Shown: positions 1-12,512, numbered from the stretch's first letter. The stretch: 64,000 nucleotides of DNA from Octopus vulgaris (GCA_951406725.2 OX597814.1:159836001-159900000); one strand, 5' to 3'. Translations and numbers: made by a program. Notes: generated by a model from the sequence alone, not told the origin.

Positions 1-349
1 CAAAGGTCTTGGTCACTAGTTATTGCCTTGGTGAGGCCTAATATTTGAAGGTTGTGCTTCACCACATCATCCCAGGTCTTCCTGGGTCTACCTCTTCCAC
101 AGTTTCCCTCACCCGCTTGGGTGTGACACTTTTTCACACAGCTATCCTCATCCATTCTTGCCACATGACCATACCAGTGCAGTCATCTCTCTTGCACACT
201 ACATCTGATGCTTCTTAGGTCCAACTTTTCTCTCAAGGCACTTACACTCTGTCGAGTATGCACACTGACATTACACATCCAGCATTGCATACTGGCTTCA
301 TTTCTTGCAAGCTTACGCATGTCTTCAACTGTCATGGCCCATGTGTTTT
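1..349 (-). mobile_element. RTE-clade LINE fragment (ORF C-terminus), same family as the 44.4-46.9 kb element
   Basis: TWAMTVEDMRKLARNEASM..W..LREKLDLRSIRCSVQER is near-identical to the end of ORF 44393..46678. Confidence 0.9.
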
Positions 350-761
350 CCTCTCTCCTTGTCTTGATATGTGCTAGTTGTAAACAAATGTCACTGTCAT
401 GCAAACAGTGTCATTAAATTTTGGTCTTTTGTGAAAAACATGTTTGGTCTTGAGGTAAGGGCATCTTCTTACTGCAGAGACTCTGCCTCTACAAATTCCA
501 TCCAACCCATACTAGTAATAGAAGTTAAATCTCCTTCAAATCACATCGTACCATTTTTTTAAAAAAGTGAAAGACACATTAAATAAATAAGTTATAGTTA
601 CACTGTATCTGTGAAATATTAAACAAAAATGTAGATTTGATGCCAATTGCTGGAATACCTTTGACTGTAGATTTGCTGAATTAGAGTTGGATTGGTGTTA
701 AATAGCACCTATGTTGAATTTATGGTCACATTGGAATAAAATCACTTCTTATCACATATTG

Positions 762-793
<32 letters not shown>

Positions 794-1022
794 GGTACTG
801 CTGCTGCTGCTGCAGTGAGCTGGCAGAAGTGTTAGAACATCAGGCAAAATGCTTAGTGGCATTTTGTCTGTCTTTATGTTTTAAGTTCAGATTCCACCTA
901 GACTGATTTTACTGTCATTCTGTTGAGGTCGATAAAATAAGTACCGGCTGAGCACTGTGGTCAATGTTATTGATTTATCCACTGTTCTGAATTTGCTGCC
1001 CTTACACCAAAATTTGAAACCA

Positions 1023-1160
<138 letters not shown>

Positions 1161-1362
1161 TTTTTTTTATAACATGCTTTCATTCACTACCGAATGGTGC
1201 TCTGTGTGTCTTGGGTATGTACTGTGGTTTGTTGTGATGCTCTTATTGTTACTGTATTGAAAGTGTTTTATGTAGGATGTGTGCGGTGCCTAGTAGTGCT
1301 CTTTTCTGTATGTTATATATATTTGTTAGTCCTGGTGTTTTTGTTATGTATTTGTCTGAATA

Positions 1363-1367
<5 letters not shown>
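1161..1367 (-). mobile_element. 3' end of an R4/Dong-type (restriction-like endonuclease) LINE inside the (TAA)n tract
   Basis: Minus strand 1365-1249 reads KYSDKYITKTPGLTNIYNIQKRALLGTAHILHKTLSIQ*, the QKxAxLGTAHILRK terminus of R4/Dong elements; followed by a short UTR and an A-rich/(TAA)n tail. Confidence 0.8.
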
Positions 1368-1418
<51 letters not shown>

Positions 1419-1942
1419 GAGTGAGAGAGCAGTTCATGCCATCAAAGTGACACTGGGGTAAAATATACGAAGCCCAATATACCCATCATGACTACCCGTC
1501 TGATAAGGGCACACCAGGCACATGCATCACAACCATATGTGCACGACATGGTGATCTCATATCAAGATAAACTGCACATGACCTTGCAGGTGGGGCCCAG
1601 TTAGAATTTTCTTCAGGTTGAGTAGCCCATCCCGCTCAAACGGTCCCTGAATAAGGGTTGTTTAAGGATGTTGAAAAAGCCACCCATGTCTCCAGAGGTG
1701 AATTATTCAAATCCCGAAGAATCCCTCTCAACACATGGCTATGATGCTCCCCCACTACTTCTGCTCGTGATCAGAGATGCACATATCGTCAGCCACTAAG
1801 GGACATGCTTAACTGGTTACGGTCAAACAACTGACAAGCAAATCTGTGGTATTGAGCAGAATATTTGCTGTAGCCCATCTTTTATACCAAGACAGAACAA
1901 TGTACATGATAACACTTCCAATCAGTTAAGATCAGAAGCCAT
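1419..1942. mobile_element. Unclassified ~520-bp element bounded by (ATT)n on both sides
   Basis: Sharp GC-richer block between ATT tracts; no ORF or TIR recognised. Confidence 0.5.
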
Positions 1943-2009
1943 ATTATTATTATTATTATGTTGTTGTTGTTATATTCATTAATGTTTTTTTCTTTTTTTG
2001 CTTTATCAG

Positions 2010-2125
2010 GTTCACATTAGTGAAAAAGGCAAAAATTCCACCAACAGCTCTCGCCTATACTTTAAAGAAAAAATCAGAGTTTCTTGTTGCCATGGCCAAC
2101 TATTCCTTGCACTGTTATGATACAG
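2010..2125 (+). CDS. TBC1D31: TBC1D31 exon (WD40): FTLVKKAKIPPTALAYTLKKKSEFLVAMANYSLHCYDT
   Basis: ttatcAG acceptor, GTaaag donor, 116 nt, phase 2 in and phase 1 out. Confidence 0.92.
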
Positions 2126-3972
2126 GTAAAGAAAAATGTCTTTTGGTTTTTCTTAAGTAATGCTAAGAATTATGTTTAATTAAATTACTCTCTTTTACTG
2201 TTGAAAATTACATTTTCAGGTCTTGATAACTTTCATTTTATTAATCCTACCAATATGGTCACTTCCCTATACACTTTATCCTCTAAACCACAGATGCATT
2301 GCCTCCTTATTGTGCTTTTCCTCCTGCTATTACCATGGGGTCTACTCATCAAAGCCAGCTAACTGCAGTATGCCCTTACCCAAACCCTTTTCAAACACCA
2401 ATTTCTCCTTTCCTTACTTATGCTGTGTCTTCTCCCATGCCACACTCAGTCCACACACTAATAGCTATGTCCTACCCTTCATCCATAGGACATCGATCCC
2501 ATTCTGGTACATGCTTATCCTGCAAATGGTGATTTCTAGATGTTCAAGCTGAACATAAATTGTATCAATCTTACCAGTGGCAGAAGATCTGCAGAAACCA
2601 TAGGCAGGTCCCCTTCCTTCTTACCAAACCATAAAAAAATGTTACAATCATTAATAATATTATTTCATTAGTGATCTTTTATAGAATTTGGTAGGTTCTT
2701 ATAATGATTCTTACATGAAGTATTGGGTGGGGTTTGGGGTTAGGGATAAAATATAAGATATTAGCATCATTATATTAAGCATCTAGTTCTATAAATATTT
2801 GGAAGAACTGGTGTTACTGAAGTAGGGTGTATTACACATCATTTTAAGTTGTTGATTAAAAAGATGCTGTTTAGTATATATTGTATTCACGTGTAAAGAA
2901 ATAATATAGAAAATGTGAAATAGACTGAAATAATTGAGAAGGATCACTTGAATACATCTGCTTGCTAGATAGAAGTCAATAGAGAATTACATATGTTGGA
3001 ACTATACAGAGGTGAGAGGAATTTTCAGTTTTACCAGCAGGGCAAGACAGACAACCTCTATAGTACTGCTTCAATGAAAACATGCATCCAGTTTGCTCTG
3101 TAAAGTGTTTGACATATGGAAGGTATCCAGCCATAGAAGCCATGCCAAAGCTGACACCTTGAAGCATAATCTGATCAGACCCGCTGAACCATCCAACCCA
3201 TGTCAGCCTGGAAAGCAGAAGGCAGCAGTTGTGTCTAAAGTGCTGTTGTTTTTATCTAAAATTTAAGATTTCTTTCCAAACAAATTTTCATTTGTATAAA
3301 ATATCTGAATGTTTGAGATGATTTGTTGTTAATTTCTAAGGATGAAACAGCTTTTGATATATACTTTTATCATTGTTTTCAATTGTTTATTATCTGATTA
3401 CCTTCAGGTGTCTTAATCCTGGATATGTACAGAGTAAGTAGCAAATATGAGCATTAACTTCTAGTAACAGTCCAGTATTATCTACACATCCAGGAATAAG
3501 ACTCTTGATGGTGATCAGAGATCAAACCAGTTGCAATGTAGCACAACTCGAAATATTTAAAATAATTAAAATAGACATATATGTATCATACTTAATGTAA
3601 ATACACCACTAGAAGGCAAATTAACTTCGGTAATCATCCAGAGATAACATCTCTTATGGATGTACCACTTCTTTGCATGTAATGGATTTAAAATAAGTAA
3701 AGTTAATCACCATATATTAACACCCATATTAATGTGGTAATTAGCTTTACTTGTTAGTATAGTTACTACTCTAATCTCTTGAGATTTTACAACCAGCTAT
3801 TTTGCTTGTTGCAAATCAGTAACTGATGGTCACTTTGTTTACTATTTATTGCTTGCTGGAGTAGATTTTGGTGACCAGGTGTTTGTGACTGAAGATGAAA
3901 ACTAATTTAAAACCGAATCAATCTCACAATCCTGTCATTTGCTGGAGGATGGTAGCAGTTGCTCCCCTGCTG

Positions 3973-4017
<45 letters not shown>

Positions 4018-4019
<2 letters not shown>

Positions 4020-4325
4020 GGAGCACTCCGTCGCTTACGACAATGAGGGTCCCAGCTGATACAATCAATGGAACAGCCTGCTTGTAAAATTAACATGCAA
4101 GTGACTGAGCAATCCACAGACATGCGTACCCCTAAAGTAGTTCTCAGGGATATTCAGCATAACACAGAGTATGACAAGGCCTACCCTTTGAAATACAGGT
4201 ACAACTCATTTTTGCCAGCTGAGTGGACTGGAGCAATGTGAAATAAAGTGTCTTGCTCAAGGACACAACGCGTCGTCGGAAATCGAACTCACAATCATGA
4301 ACCGAATGTTCTAACCACTAAGCCA
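4018..4325 (-). mobile_element. tRNA-derived SINE (family D); related copies at about 15440-15740(+), 22950-23285(-), 25690-25870(+)
   Basis: A box TGGCTTAGTGG, B-box-like GTTTCGATTTCC, shared body GTGTCCTTGAGCAAGACACTT..CCAGTCCACTCAGCTG, (TA)n tail. Confidence 0.75.
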
Positions 4326-4583
4326 TATATATATATCTTCTGCCAGATGGTTATAGGTGCAGTGCTGCACCTATAACCCTCTGGCAGAAGATCTGCCTAT
4401 GGTTAAACTAATGGTAACATTAAACAGCCATATTGATGTGGCGATTAACTTTACTTGTTAGTATAGTTACTACTCTGATCTCGAGATTTTACAACTAGCT
4501 ACTTTGGATTTAAAATTATTATTTTATTTCTAAAGATAATATTACTCATCCACAAAATTAATCTCATTCTAATTTCTCTTTAG

Positions 4584-4762
4584 AAACAAAAGAACTGGTT
4601 GCAGAGATGAAAGGTCATCAGACTGCTATAAATAATATCTCAGTTCATGCTAGTGGAAAGTTTGCCATCACTGTATCTGTTGATGATGCTCTTCTTTGGA
4701 ATCTTGAAAAGTTTCAGCAACTGAAGAAATTAAGCATCAATGAAAACATCTGCATAACAGAG
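4584..4762 (+). CDS. TBC1D31: TBC1D31 exon (WD40): TKELVAEMKGHQTAINNISVHASGKFAITVSVDDALLWNLEKFQQLKKLSINENICITE
   Basis: ctttAG / GTagat, 179 nt, GH...WN WD40 signature. Confidence 0.93.
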
Positions 4763-5687
4763 GTAGATATAAATTTTATGTAATTTTAATTTACTGTATT
4801 CTTAAAATATATTCATTTTCTTTTGTAAAAGTGGAGTTTTTTAAAGACTACTGTGGGAGTAGTGTGCTAACATCTTCGTCAATTTAACTAGAAATATATA
4901 TATGACTAGCACTATGACCCAGCAACACCGGAACATAGTGCTAGTGCATGCATATACAGCTGCGTGCATGCACACATACATGCGTGTACTGTCCAAATCT
5001 CCGACCAATCACATACAGCTAGCTGGCATTCAATTGGCGTATCAAGTTTCGGGCATTGTGATTGGGTTTTGGATAGAAAATTCACCAAAAATCACTTCTA
5101 TTGATTTTTTAATGGCTTTGCGGGGTGACTGGGGAAATGTAAAGATGTGCACGACCACCCTTGGACGGTAAGTGAAATTGTAGTTGTCCTTACATGCAAG
5201 CATGTCCCCTGCATCCCTCTTCAGCTGAGCTATCCTAATCTTGCAGGCTCATGGGTGCTGGTGCCACGTAAAAAACACTTGTGCCAGTGCAATGTAAAAG
5301 CACCCATGCCAGTTCTGCATAAAAGCTCCCTATGCATTCTGTAAAGTGAGTCCACAAATCCAATAGTTACAGAATACTGGGGCTACTAATTTGCATAGCA
5401 TAAGTGTTTAGCATTTTATTTAATATCAGTGTTGGTGTCACCTGAAAAACACCCAGTGTACTCTGTAAAGTGATTGGTGTTAGGAAGGGCATCCAGCTCT
5501 AGAAACCTTGCCAAAACAGATAATAGAACTTGGCATAGACCTCTGGCTTTCCAGCTCTTGAGGAATGGACATTAAATGATGAGGATGATGATGATGTTGC
5601 TTGATTTGCAAAAAATATCCTAAAACATAACACTTTCTTACACATTCTTTTAATTGTCTTTCATTTAATACTTCATTTTTCTTTCAG

Positions 5688-5836
5688 GTGTTCTTTCTCC
5701 CTTTGAGTAATATTATCATTACCTGTTTCAAAGATGATTCAATATTTGGTTGGGATCTAGAAACACTTAGTTGCAAATTTGAACTGCCAATTCCACCTGG
5801 TAAAAAGACAAAATACAAAACACTTGCTTCCACACG
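5688..5836 (+). CDS. TBC1D31: TBC1D31 exon (WD40): VFFLPLSNIIITCFKDDSIFGWDLETLSCKFELPIPPGKKTKYKTLAST
   Basis: ctttcAG / GTaaga, 149 nt, in phase. Confidence 0.93.
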
Positions 5837-7687
5837 GTAAGAAACTGTTAATTTTACAAAAAGAAGTCACTTTGAATATTATAGGTGCAGGAGTGGCTGT
5901 GTGGTTAAGAATCTTGCTTTCCAATCATGTAGTTTTGGGTTCAGTCCTATTTTGTGGCACTTTGGGCAAGTGTCTTCTACTATAGCCCTGGGCCCACCAT
6001 GTGTGTGTGTGTGTATGTGTGCACGTGTGCGCATCTGTATATCTATCTATCATATATATACACACACACATATCTATATCTATCTATCTATTTATCTATA
6101 TATATGTGTGTGTGTTTGTGTGTACCGTTGTCTAGACATCACATGTTGGTTGTAAATTACCACTCTGTGAAAAACGTATCTAACTATTGAAAATATTACC
6201 TAGAAATAGGTGAGGGTTAGTGATGAGAATGGCATCCAGCCATAAAAAAAATCCATCTCAACAAATTTCAGTTGACTCATGCAAGCATGGAAAAGAGGAT
6301 GTTAAATGATGGAGATGATGCTGAAATTGTTTTTGAACAAGTGAAGATAGCATAGGGTTGAGAGGATGTAGATGTCCATATTCTAGTTATGTACAACCAA
6401 CAAACATTCTGAATCCTTATAGCTCTTTCAAGAGCCTTCTTTTACTAAAAAAGTTATCATTTGTTCGTTGTTTTTCCCTCCAAGTCTACTTTAATCATGC
6501 ATTCTAAGTTTTATTTCAAAACTACCTATCTTTGACAACTAATTCTCTCTCAATGACAAGTACCTGACTTGGTTAAACTCTCCTCACCTGTCTAAAATGA
6601 TAGTGTGAGATATCCTCCATTTGAACACAAAAAGATGAACTCAAGCACATTACTCCTCTCTTAGTTTCCACTGTTACCAAACCATTTAACTTTTTTTACC
6701 ATCGGTGTGATATACACCAAAATAACTTTTTTAAGCATCTCCATTAGTTTGATATGACTTTGTGTAGGTTCTTTGAGTGTATAATTTTATATATAAATGT
6801 TAGTGAATACAATAATTGGTGATAAATTCTATGCAAATTGAGATTACAATCTAATTTTAATTCCCACTTAACACAATTAGTATTCTTGAAAAATTTCTTC
6901 TAATTTTTTCACAAGACTAGCAATTTTAGTGGGAAGAAGTTAGTTAATTACATTAACCCCAGTACTTCTCTGGCATTTATTTTATTGACTCCAAAAGGAT
7001 GAACAGCAAGGTTGACCATGGCAGGATTTGAACTCACAATATAAAGAGCCAGCAAAAATGCTGCCAAGCATTTTGCTCCATATGTTTACAATTCTACCAG
7101 CTTATCCCCTTGAATAATTCTTTCTAATATAGGCAGAAGGCCTGAAATTTTATGAAGCTGATTACATCAACCTCAATACTGAAGTGGTACTTCATTTTAT
7201 CAAATTGAAAAAGATGAAAGGCAAAGTTAACCTCGGTAGGATTTTAATTCAGATTGTAAAGTGGCAGAAGAAATGCTGTTAGACATTTTATCTGACATCA
7301 TCATCATCATCATTATCGTTTAATGTTCGTTTTCCATGCTAGCACGGGTTGGATGGTTCGACTGGGGTCTGGGAAGCCAGGAGGCTACACCAGGCTCCAG
7401 TCTGATCTGGCAGTGTTTCTACAGCTGAATGCCCTTCCTAATGCCAACCACTCCGTGAGTGTAGTGGGTGCTTTTTATGTGCCACCTGCACAGAAGCCAG
7501 TCAAGGCGGTGCTGGCATCGGCCTATGCTAACTATTTCACCAGCTCACCACCTTAAATAATGAATGAACATTTCAACTGCTCATTTATTCTTGTATGACA
7601 GTGAAACTTGATGCTTGTATAACAAATCAGGAAAAATGTTCATTTTCTTTAAATATGATAGCTCACTGTATCTTTACATTTCTCCAG

Positions 7688-7847
7688 GAGCGGTCGTACC
7701 CTGGCTGCTGCAGGCCACTCGAGATTTATAAGCCTGTTTGCTTTGGACACACACACCTTATTTCGGGTGATAGAGCTGCCCAGCAAAGTTACCATTGTGA
7801 AACAGCTTGTTTTTCTCTCAGACAGTTTTGATAAAGGATCAAATAAG
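7688..7847 (+). CDS. TBC1D31: TBC1D31 exon (WD40): SGRTLAAAGHSRFISLFALDTHTLFRVIELPSKVTIVKQLVFLSDSFDKGSNK
   Basis: tctccAG / GTaaga, 160 nt, in phase. Confidence 0.92.
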
Positions 7848-8563
7848 GTAAGAACAAATTCTTTCTGAAGATTAAAGTCCTGTTGTTTTTGTTGTAGTAT
7901 TGTGCAACCCTAAGTTCACTCTGATCACACAGGCCCATGGTATGCAAATACCAAAGTATGCAAATACCAAAGGCCAAATTACTAGGTGTGGCCCACAGAT
8001 CTAGTGTTCTAGATGTACAATATTTGCACTTAGTTGAGGCCCATACTGCTCAGTTCAACATTCAATGGTTAATTGTGTACAGAGACCCATTGTAGCTTAG
8101 ACATGTTGTCTTCTCTTCATTGTTAAATCTACTTCTTTATACTTAAGTTGTTTAGTCTTAAATCAACACTGATGAAACAGACCTATAATCAAAGGCATTC
8201 CAGCCATGCCTATCTTGTCTTTGTAGAGTTTTGTTTTGGACAGCATTATCCAGTGTACCCTTTATTTAAGGCGGTAAAGTGTAAGTTGCAGGATATTTTG
8301 CTATTATTTCTAACAGGTTGAGCAACTACATTGAGGTTCTCTGATCTAGATGTTAAACATCAACTATCAATTGTATCTAGATAGTTATCTGAACAGCACA
8401 TGGGTTACTGTTAATTACTCTATTGCATCATCTATCATATATACACCTGACTTCTCATTCCCTTTCTCTTCTTACAAGAGCATCAAAAACAAAATCAAAA
8501 CTGAACTGATAATAATCATTCACCAACTATAATTTATAATTTTCTTTTTTTTTTTTCTTTCAG

Positions 8564-8764
8564 ATACTTGGTGCCTTGTGTCAAGATGGTATTGCAAGAT
8601 TCATGGATATCCACTCGTGTAAACTGCTCTTTGATATTGGTACCATCGAAGACCGAATACACAGTATTGCAAGTAGTCTTATGGGGAAACATTTAATTGG
8701 TTTAATGGATTCTGGTAATATGAACATTTACAGTCTCCCAGCTCTCACTTCAGAACTGAATAAG
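8564..8764 (+). CDS. TBC1D31: TBC1D31 exon (WD40): ILGALCQDGIARFMDIHSCKLLFDIG...MNIYSLPALTSELNK
   Basis: Poly-T tract then cAG / GTatgc, 201 nt; overlaps ORF 8576..8791. Confidence 0.93.
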
Positions 8765-8860
8765 GTATGCTATTTGGATTCCAGTTTTTAAGATATTTAC
8801 ATTTGTATTTATTTGCTTATTTGGGATGGTTGTTGCTTAATTCCATGTCAGCCTTAATTA

Positions 8861-9310
8861 TCATCATCATCTTTTAAGGTCTATATTTTCCGTGCTTGCA
8901 TTGGTTGGTCAGTTTGACCGGAGCTGGCAAGCCACAGAACTGCACCACATTCCAGTTTGATTTGACTTGGTTTCTTTGACTGGACGCCCTTCCTAACACC
9001 AGCCATTTCTCAGTGTGTGCCAAGTGCTTTTAATATACCACCAGCACAAGTGCTTTTATGTGATACCAGCATGAGTCTTGTTACCTGGCACCAGCACAAA
9101 TGCTTTTTTTACCTGGCACCAGTAAGAATGCTTGTTACCTGACACCAGCACGAGTGCTTTTTACCTGGCACCAGCATGAGTTTTTTTTTACCTGGCACTA
9201 ACACATGTCCTTTTTATCTGGCACCAGCATTTGTGCTTTTGTATATCACCAGAATAAGTGCTTTTTGCATGGCATCAGCACAAGTGCTTTTTATCTGGCA
9301 CTAGCACAGG
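8861..9310 (-). repeat. (GAT)n-tailed LINE-3'-end-type repeat with an internal array of about 11 x 25-26 bp units (9021-9310)
   Basis: Unit close to GTGCTTTTTACCTGGCACCAGCACAA, next to the family core GCCCTTCCTAACxCCAxCCA. Confidence 0.8.
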
Positions 9311-10505
9311 ACACTTGCAGGCCAATCCTCTTTAACAGAGGATATGATAATCACAAGTGGTAATTTTGATCTCCAATTTAATGCAGAGGTTATGTTAGAA
9401 CACAGAATATTGCATTGTTCTCATAAGGACTCAGGATGCATAAAAGCACTCTTATATCATTGACAGACAAGAATCGTTTGCTACTGCTGCTGTGTTTTAT
9501 AATCTTTTAATATGAAGGATTGCATTGTTCAATATATCCTCTATTTAAGATGGTTGGGTGTGATTTAAGGGTAATTTTCCTGCTGTTTCTAGTAAGTTAA
9601 GTGACTACTTTGAAGTTCTTCCATTGTCACATGCATGTTATAGTGAGTCTAACTCACACAGCTATGCACTTACACTTCAGTCAACATGACCACTAATTAA
9701 TTGAATTATAATTTAGGTGGCTGAGTATTTCACAGGCACTTATTCTCTAAACATTTATTCTCTGCTCAGGCAGAATCAGCATGACACTGTGTATAGTCTA
9801 GCTAAGCCTATGAATGAATTAAAGATACACCCTGTCCAACAGGCTTCTACACAATTTCCATATATTTCCATATAATTTCGGGTAGGTTTGTAAGGCTTGT
9901 TTTAACTTGAATGTATGGTAGAGATACTTGTTCAATATTCTGTTCAGTTAGATCCATTCTGGAATCAAGTGATTTTGAAGCAAACTTTTTTAATTACATG
10001 GACATGTGCTCATATGTGTGAAATAATTGTTTCTAACTCAGACACAAGGCCAGTAGTTTTGCGGCCAGGGTAGAAGGATTTTGATCAACCACATTGACTC
10101 CAGTGCTTGACGAAGGACAAAGTTGACCTCAGCAAGATTTTATTTCACAATGTAAAGAGCCACAGCAAATACAGCAAGGCATTTTGTCTGATGATTTAAC
10201 TATTCTGTCAACCCACTGCTCTGTATGTGAGAAATAATAATAATAATAATTCTTTCTAATTTTGGCACAAGGCTAGCAATTTTAAGGTGATGGGGCTAGT
10301 TGATTACATCAGTCCTAGTATTTCTCTGGTGCCTTATTTTATTGACCCTGTAAGGATGAAAGGCAAAGTTGATTTCAGTAGGATTTGATCTCAAAATATA
10401 AAGAGCCAGAAGAAAAGCTGCTAAGCATTTTGTATAATGTACTAACAATTCTTCCAACTCACTACCTAAATGATAATGATGATAATGGTTTGTTATAGCA
10501 CTTCA

Positions 10506-10878
10506 TAGGTGCAGGAGTGGCTGTGTTGTCAGGAGTTTACTTTCTGACCACATGGTTCCAGATTCAGTCCCACGGCATGGCACCTTGGACAAGTGTCTTC
10601 TTTTATAGGCTTGGGCTGACCAAAGCCTTGTGAGTGGATTTGGTTGACGTAAACTGAAAAAAGCCCATTGTGTTTGTGTGTGTGTCTGTGTTTTTCCCCC
10701 TCCACCACTTGACAAGCAGTGTGTTTATGTCCTTGAGCAGTTTGGCAATAGAAACTGATAGAATAAGTACCAAGCTCAAAAAAGTAAATGTATTGCGGTC
10801 ATTTGATTCAACAAAAATTCTTCGAGGTGGTGCCCCAGCATGGCCACAGGGTAATGACTGAAATAAGTAAAAGATAAA
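10506..10878 (+). mobile_element. tRNA-derived SINE (family B, CORE-like body); other copies about 5881-5995, 26305-26808, 35082-35462, 57625-58013 (+) and 20280-20680, 24040-24190, 32775-32935, 48285-48530 (-)
   Basis: GGAGTGGCTGTGT head, GGTTCAGTCCC-type B box, GCACCTTGG(G/A)CAAGTGTCTT body, (TG)n middle, GACTGAAAxAAGTAAAAGA tail. Confidence 0.85.
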
Positions 10879-11027
10879 ATACTCCTGTAGGACTGCTTTA
10901 TTTTGTCAATTTCTATCTTCCAGAATTTTTTTTTCCATTTCATAGTACTGAAGTTTGCTTTGATTAATATAATTGGTGGACTTTATATTTTACTGCCAAT
11001 CCTAACTATTCTTTAATCATTTTCTAG

Positions 11028-11132
11028 CCTCCTCCACCTGTTGTAAAAGCAGTCAGAAAAACAAAATCTTTTGAGGAATCCATCAAAAGCTGCTATAAAA
11101 GTAGTGATAAGCCATCTTCTGACTCTTCAGAG
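11028..11132 (+). CDS. TBC1D31: TBC1D31 linker exon: PPPPVVKAVRKTKSFEESIKSCYKSSDKPSSDSSE
   Basis: tttctAG / GTgagt, 105 nt, PPPPxVK motif as in recalled orthologue. Confidence 0.88.
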
Positions 11133-11518
11133 GTGAGTTCTGTAAAGGCTTCTAAAGAATATTTCACTTTCAATTACACAGCAAGTTGAATGTTTCATTG
11201 TTTAAAAATATAATGAGTGATTTTTGGGTACAGGTTCACAGAAGCAAAAATTAATGAAAGGGTTCTTATTACACATGTCTTCAAATCTATTATACTGTGA
11301 ACAATTTGTTGACTGGAGAAATGACAACAGCATCATGGCTTGTAGCTTATTGTACATTCCACAGAACATATATGTTTCCTTTCTTTCCAGTCTTCTCAAG
11401 TTCTCTGCATCCAAAGCCCATGTCTCACCACCATGAGCATTGCAGTTCTAAAACAAGCATCATACAATCTGCTCTTCAGAGGAAATTATCTTTGTTGCTA
11501 GCAGCAGCAGCAGCAAGT

Positions 11519-11897
11519 GGAGGTGCAATGGCCCAATGGTTAGGGCAGCGGACTCGCGGTCAGAGGATCGCAGTTTCTATTCCCAGACCGGGTGTTGTGT
11601 GTATTTATTGAGCGAAAATACCTAAAGCTTCATGAGGCTCCGGCAGGGGGGGGGGGTGGCGACCCTAGTTGTACTCTTTCGCTTCAACTTTCTCTCACTC
11701 TTTCTTCCTGTTTCTTGTCCCTGACTTCCTATGCAACCGCTGAGCCTGGATGTGCATTCATCCATCCATCGATGCTCTTGGTGTCAGGGGTTGACCTGCT
11801 TTCTCTTCTGCAGGTCTTATGAATAGCAAAGGACCACATTTCGGACTTCTCCAACTCTGGGGCGAAGGCCGCTTCGCTCAACAAACAAACAAACAAA
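11519..11897 (+). mobile_element. tRNA-derived SINE (family C) with (CAAA)n tail, inserted in a (GCA)n tract
   Basis: A box TGGCCCAATGG, B-box-like GTTTCTATTCC; AGCAGCAGCAG on both flanks. Confidence 0.85.
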
Positions 11898-12247
11898 AGC
11901 AGCAGCAGTAGTGGCCTTCTGAAATTTTGCTGTGTTCTTACCCTAGTTAATATATTTTTGGAGCAACTACTTTCCCTGCTAATTCCATCTTCTGGGTAAC
12001 AAAAGCTCTCTCTCTGTGACCTTCATAACTTGATCCAGTTGTTTGATTCCTTTATAATTTCCTCTCTCTAAGACATTATCTTCTTTGCCTTTGTAGCAGT
12101 TTACAATGGTGCCACTGCATTAGTAATTGGGTATGACATCTTCCTGTACAGTTTGACTAATTATCCAGATGCTAATCATGTATCCTACCTCATAAAATAT
12201 TTTGAGCATCTTTATGACTAGCTAAACCCACAGCTTCCCCTCTCTTC

Positions 12248-12512
12248 ATCATCATCATCATCATCGTTTAGCGTCCGTTTTCCATGCTAGCATGGGTTGG
12301 ACGGTTCTACTGGGGTCTGTGAAGCCAGAAGGCTTCATCAGGCCCAATCAAAATCTGGCAGTGTTTCTACGGCTGGATGCCCTTCCTAACGCCAACCACT
12401 CCGTGAGTGTAGTGGGTGCTTTTTACGTGCCACCCGCACTGGTGCCAGACAAAGCTGGCAAACGGCCACGAACGGATGGTGCTTTTTATGTGCCACCGGC
12501 ACGAGGGCCAGG
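12248..12512 (-). mobile_element. (GAT)n-tailed RTE-3'-end-type repeat; other copies about 7297-7525, 22121-22360, 24531-25050, 34490-34700, 62325-62397 (-) and 32130-32355, 33690-33950, 36075-36372, 39657-39708, 42320-42700, 58865-59120 (+)
   Basis: Terminal AACGGACGCTAAACGATGATGAT is identical to the tail of the RTE at 46833-46865. Confidence 0.85.

Noticed and set aside
1740-1800. Minus-strand CTGACGA...GAAG as a hammerhead
   Set aside because: No GAAA box and no convincing stems I and III
2578-2612. CAGAAGA-TCTGCA-GAAACC..GGTC hammerhead-like string
   Set aside because: Core U4 missing, stem II not formable, stem I only 2 bp; likely chance
9021-9310. Repeat array resembling a CRISPR array
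   Set aside because: Eukaryotic intron, degenerate head-to-tail units without unique spacers, no cas genes; part of a LINE-tail repeat
11519-11590. tRNA gene (also 60884-60955)
   Set aside because: A/B boxes run into a SINE body and tail; no proper cloverleaf acceptor stem or poly-T terminator
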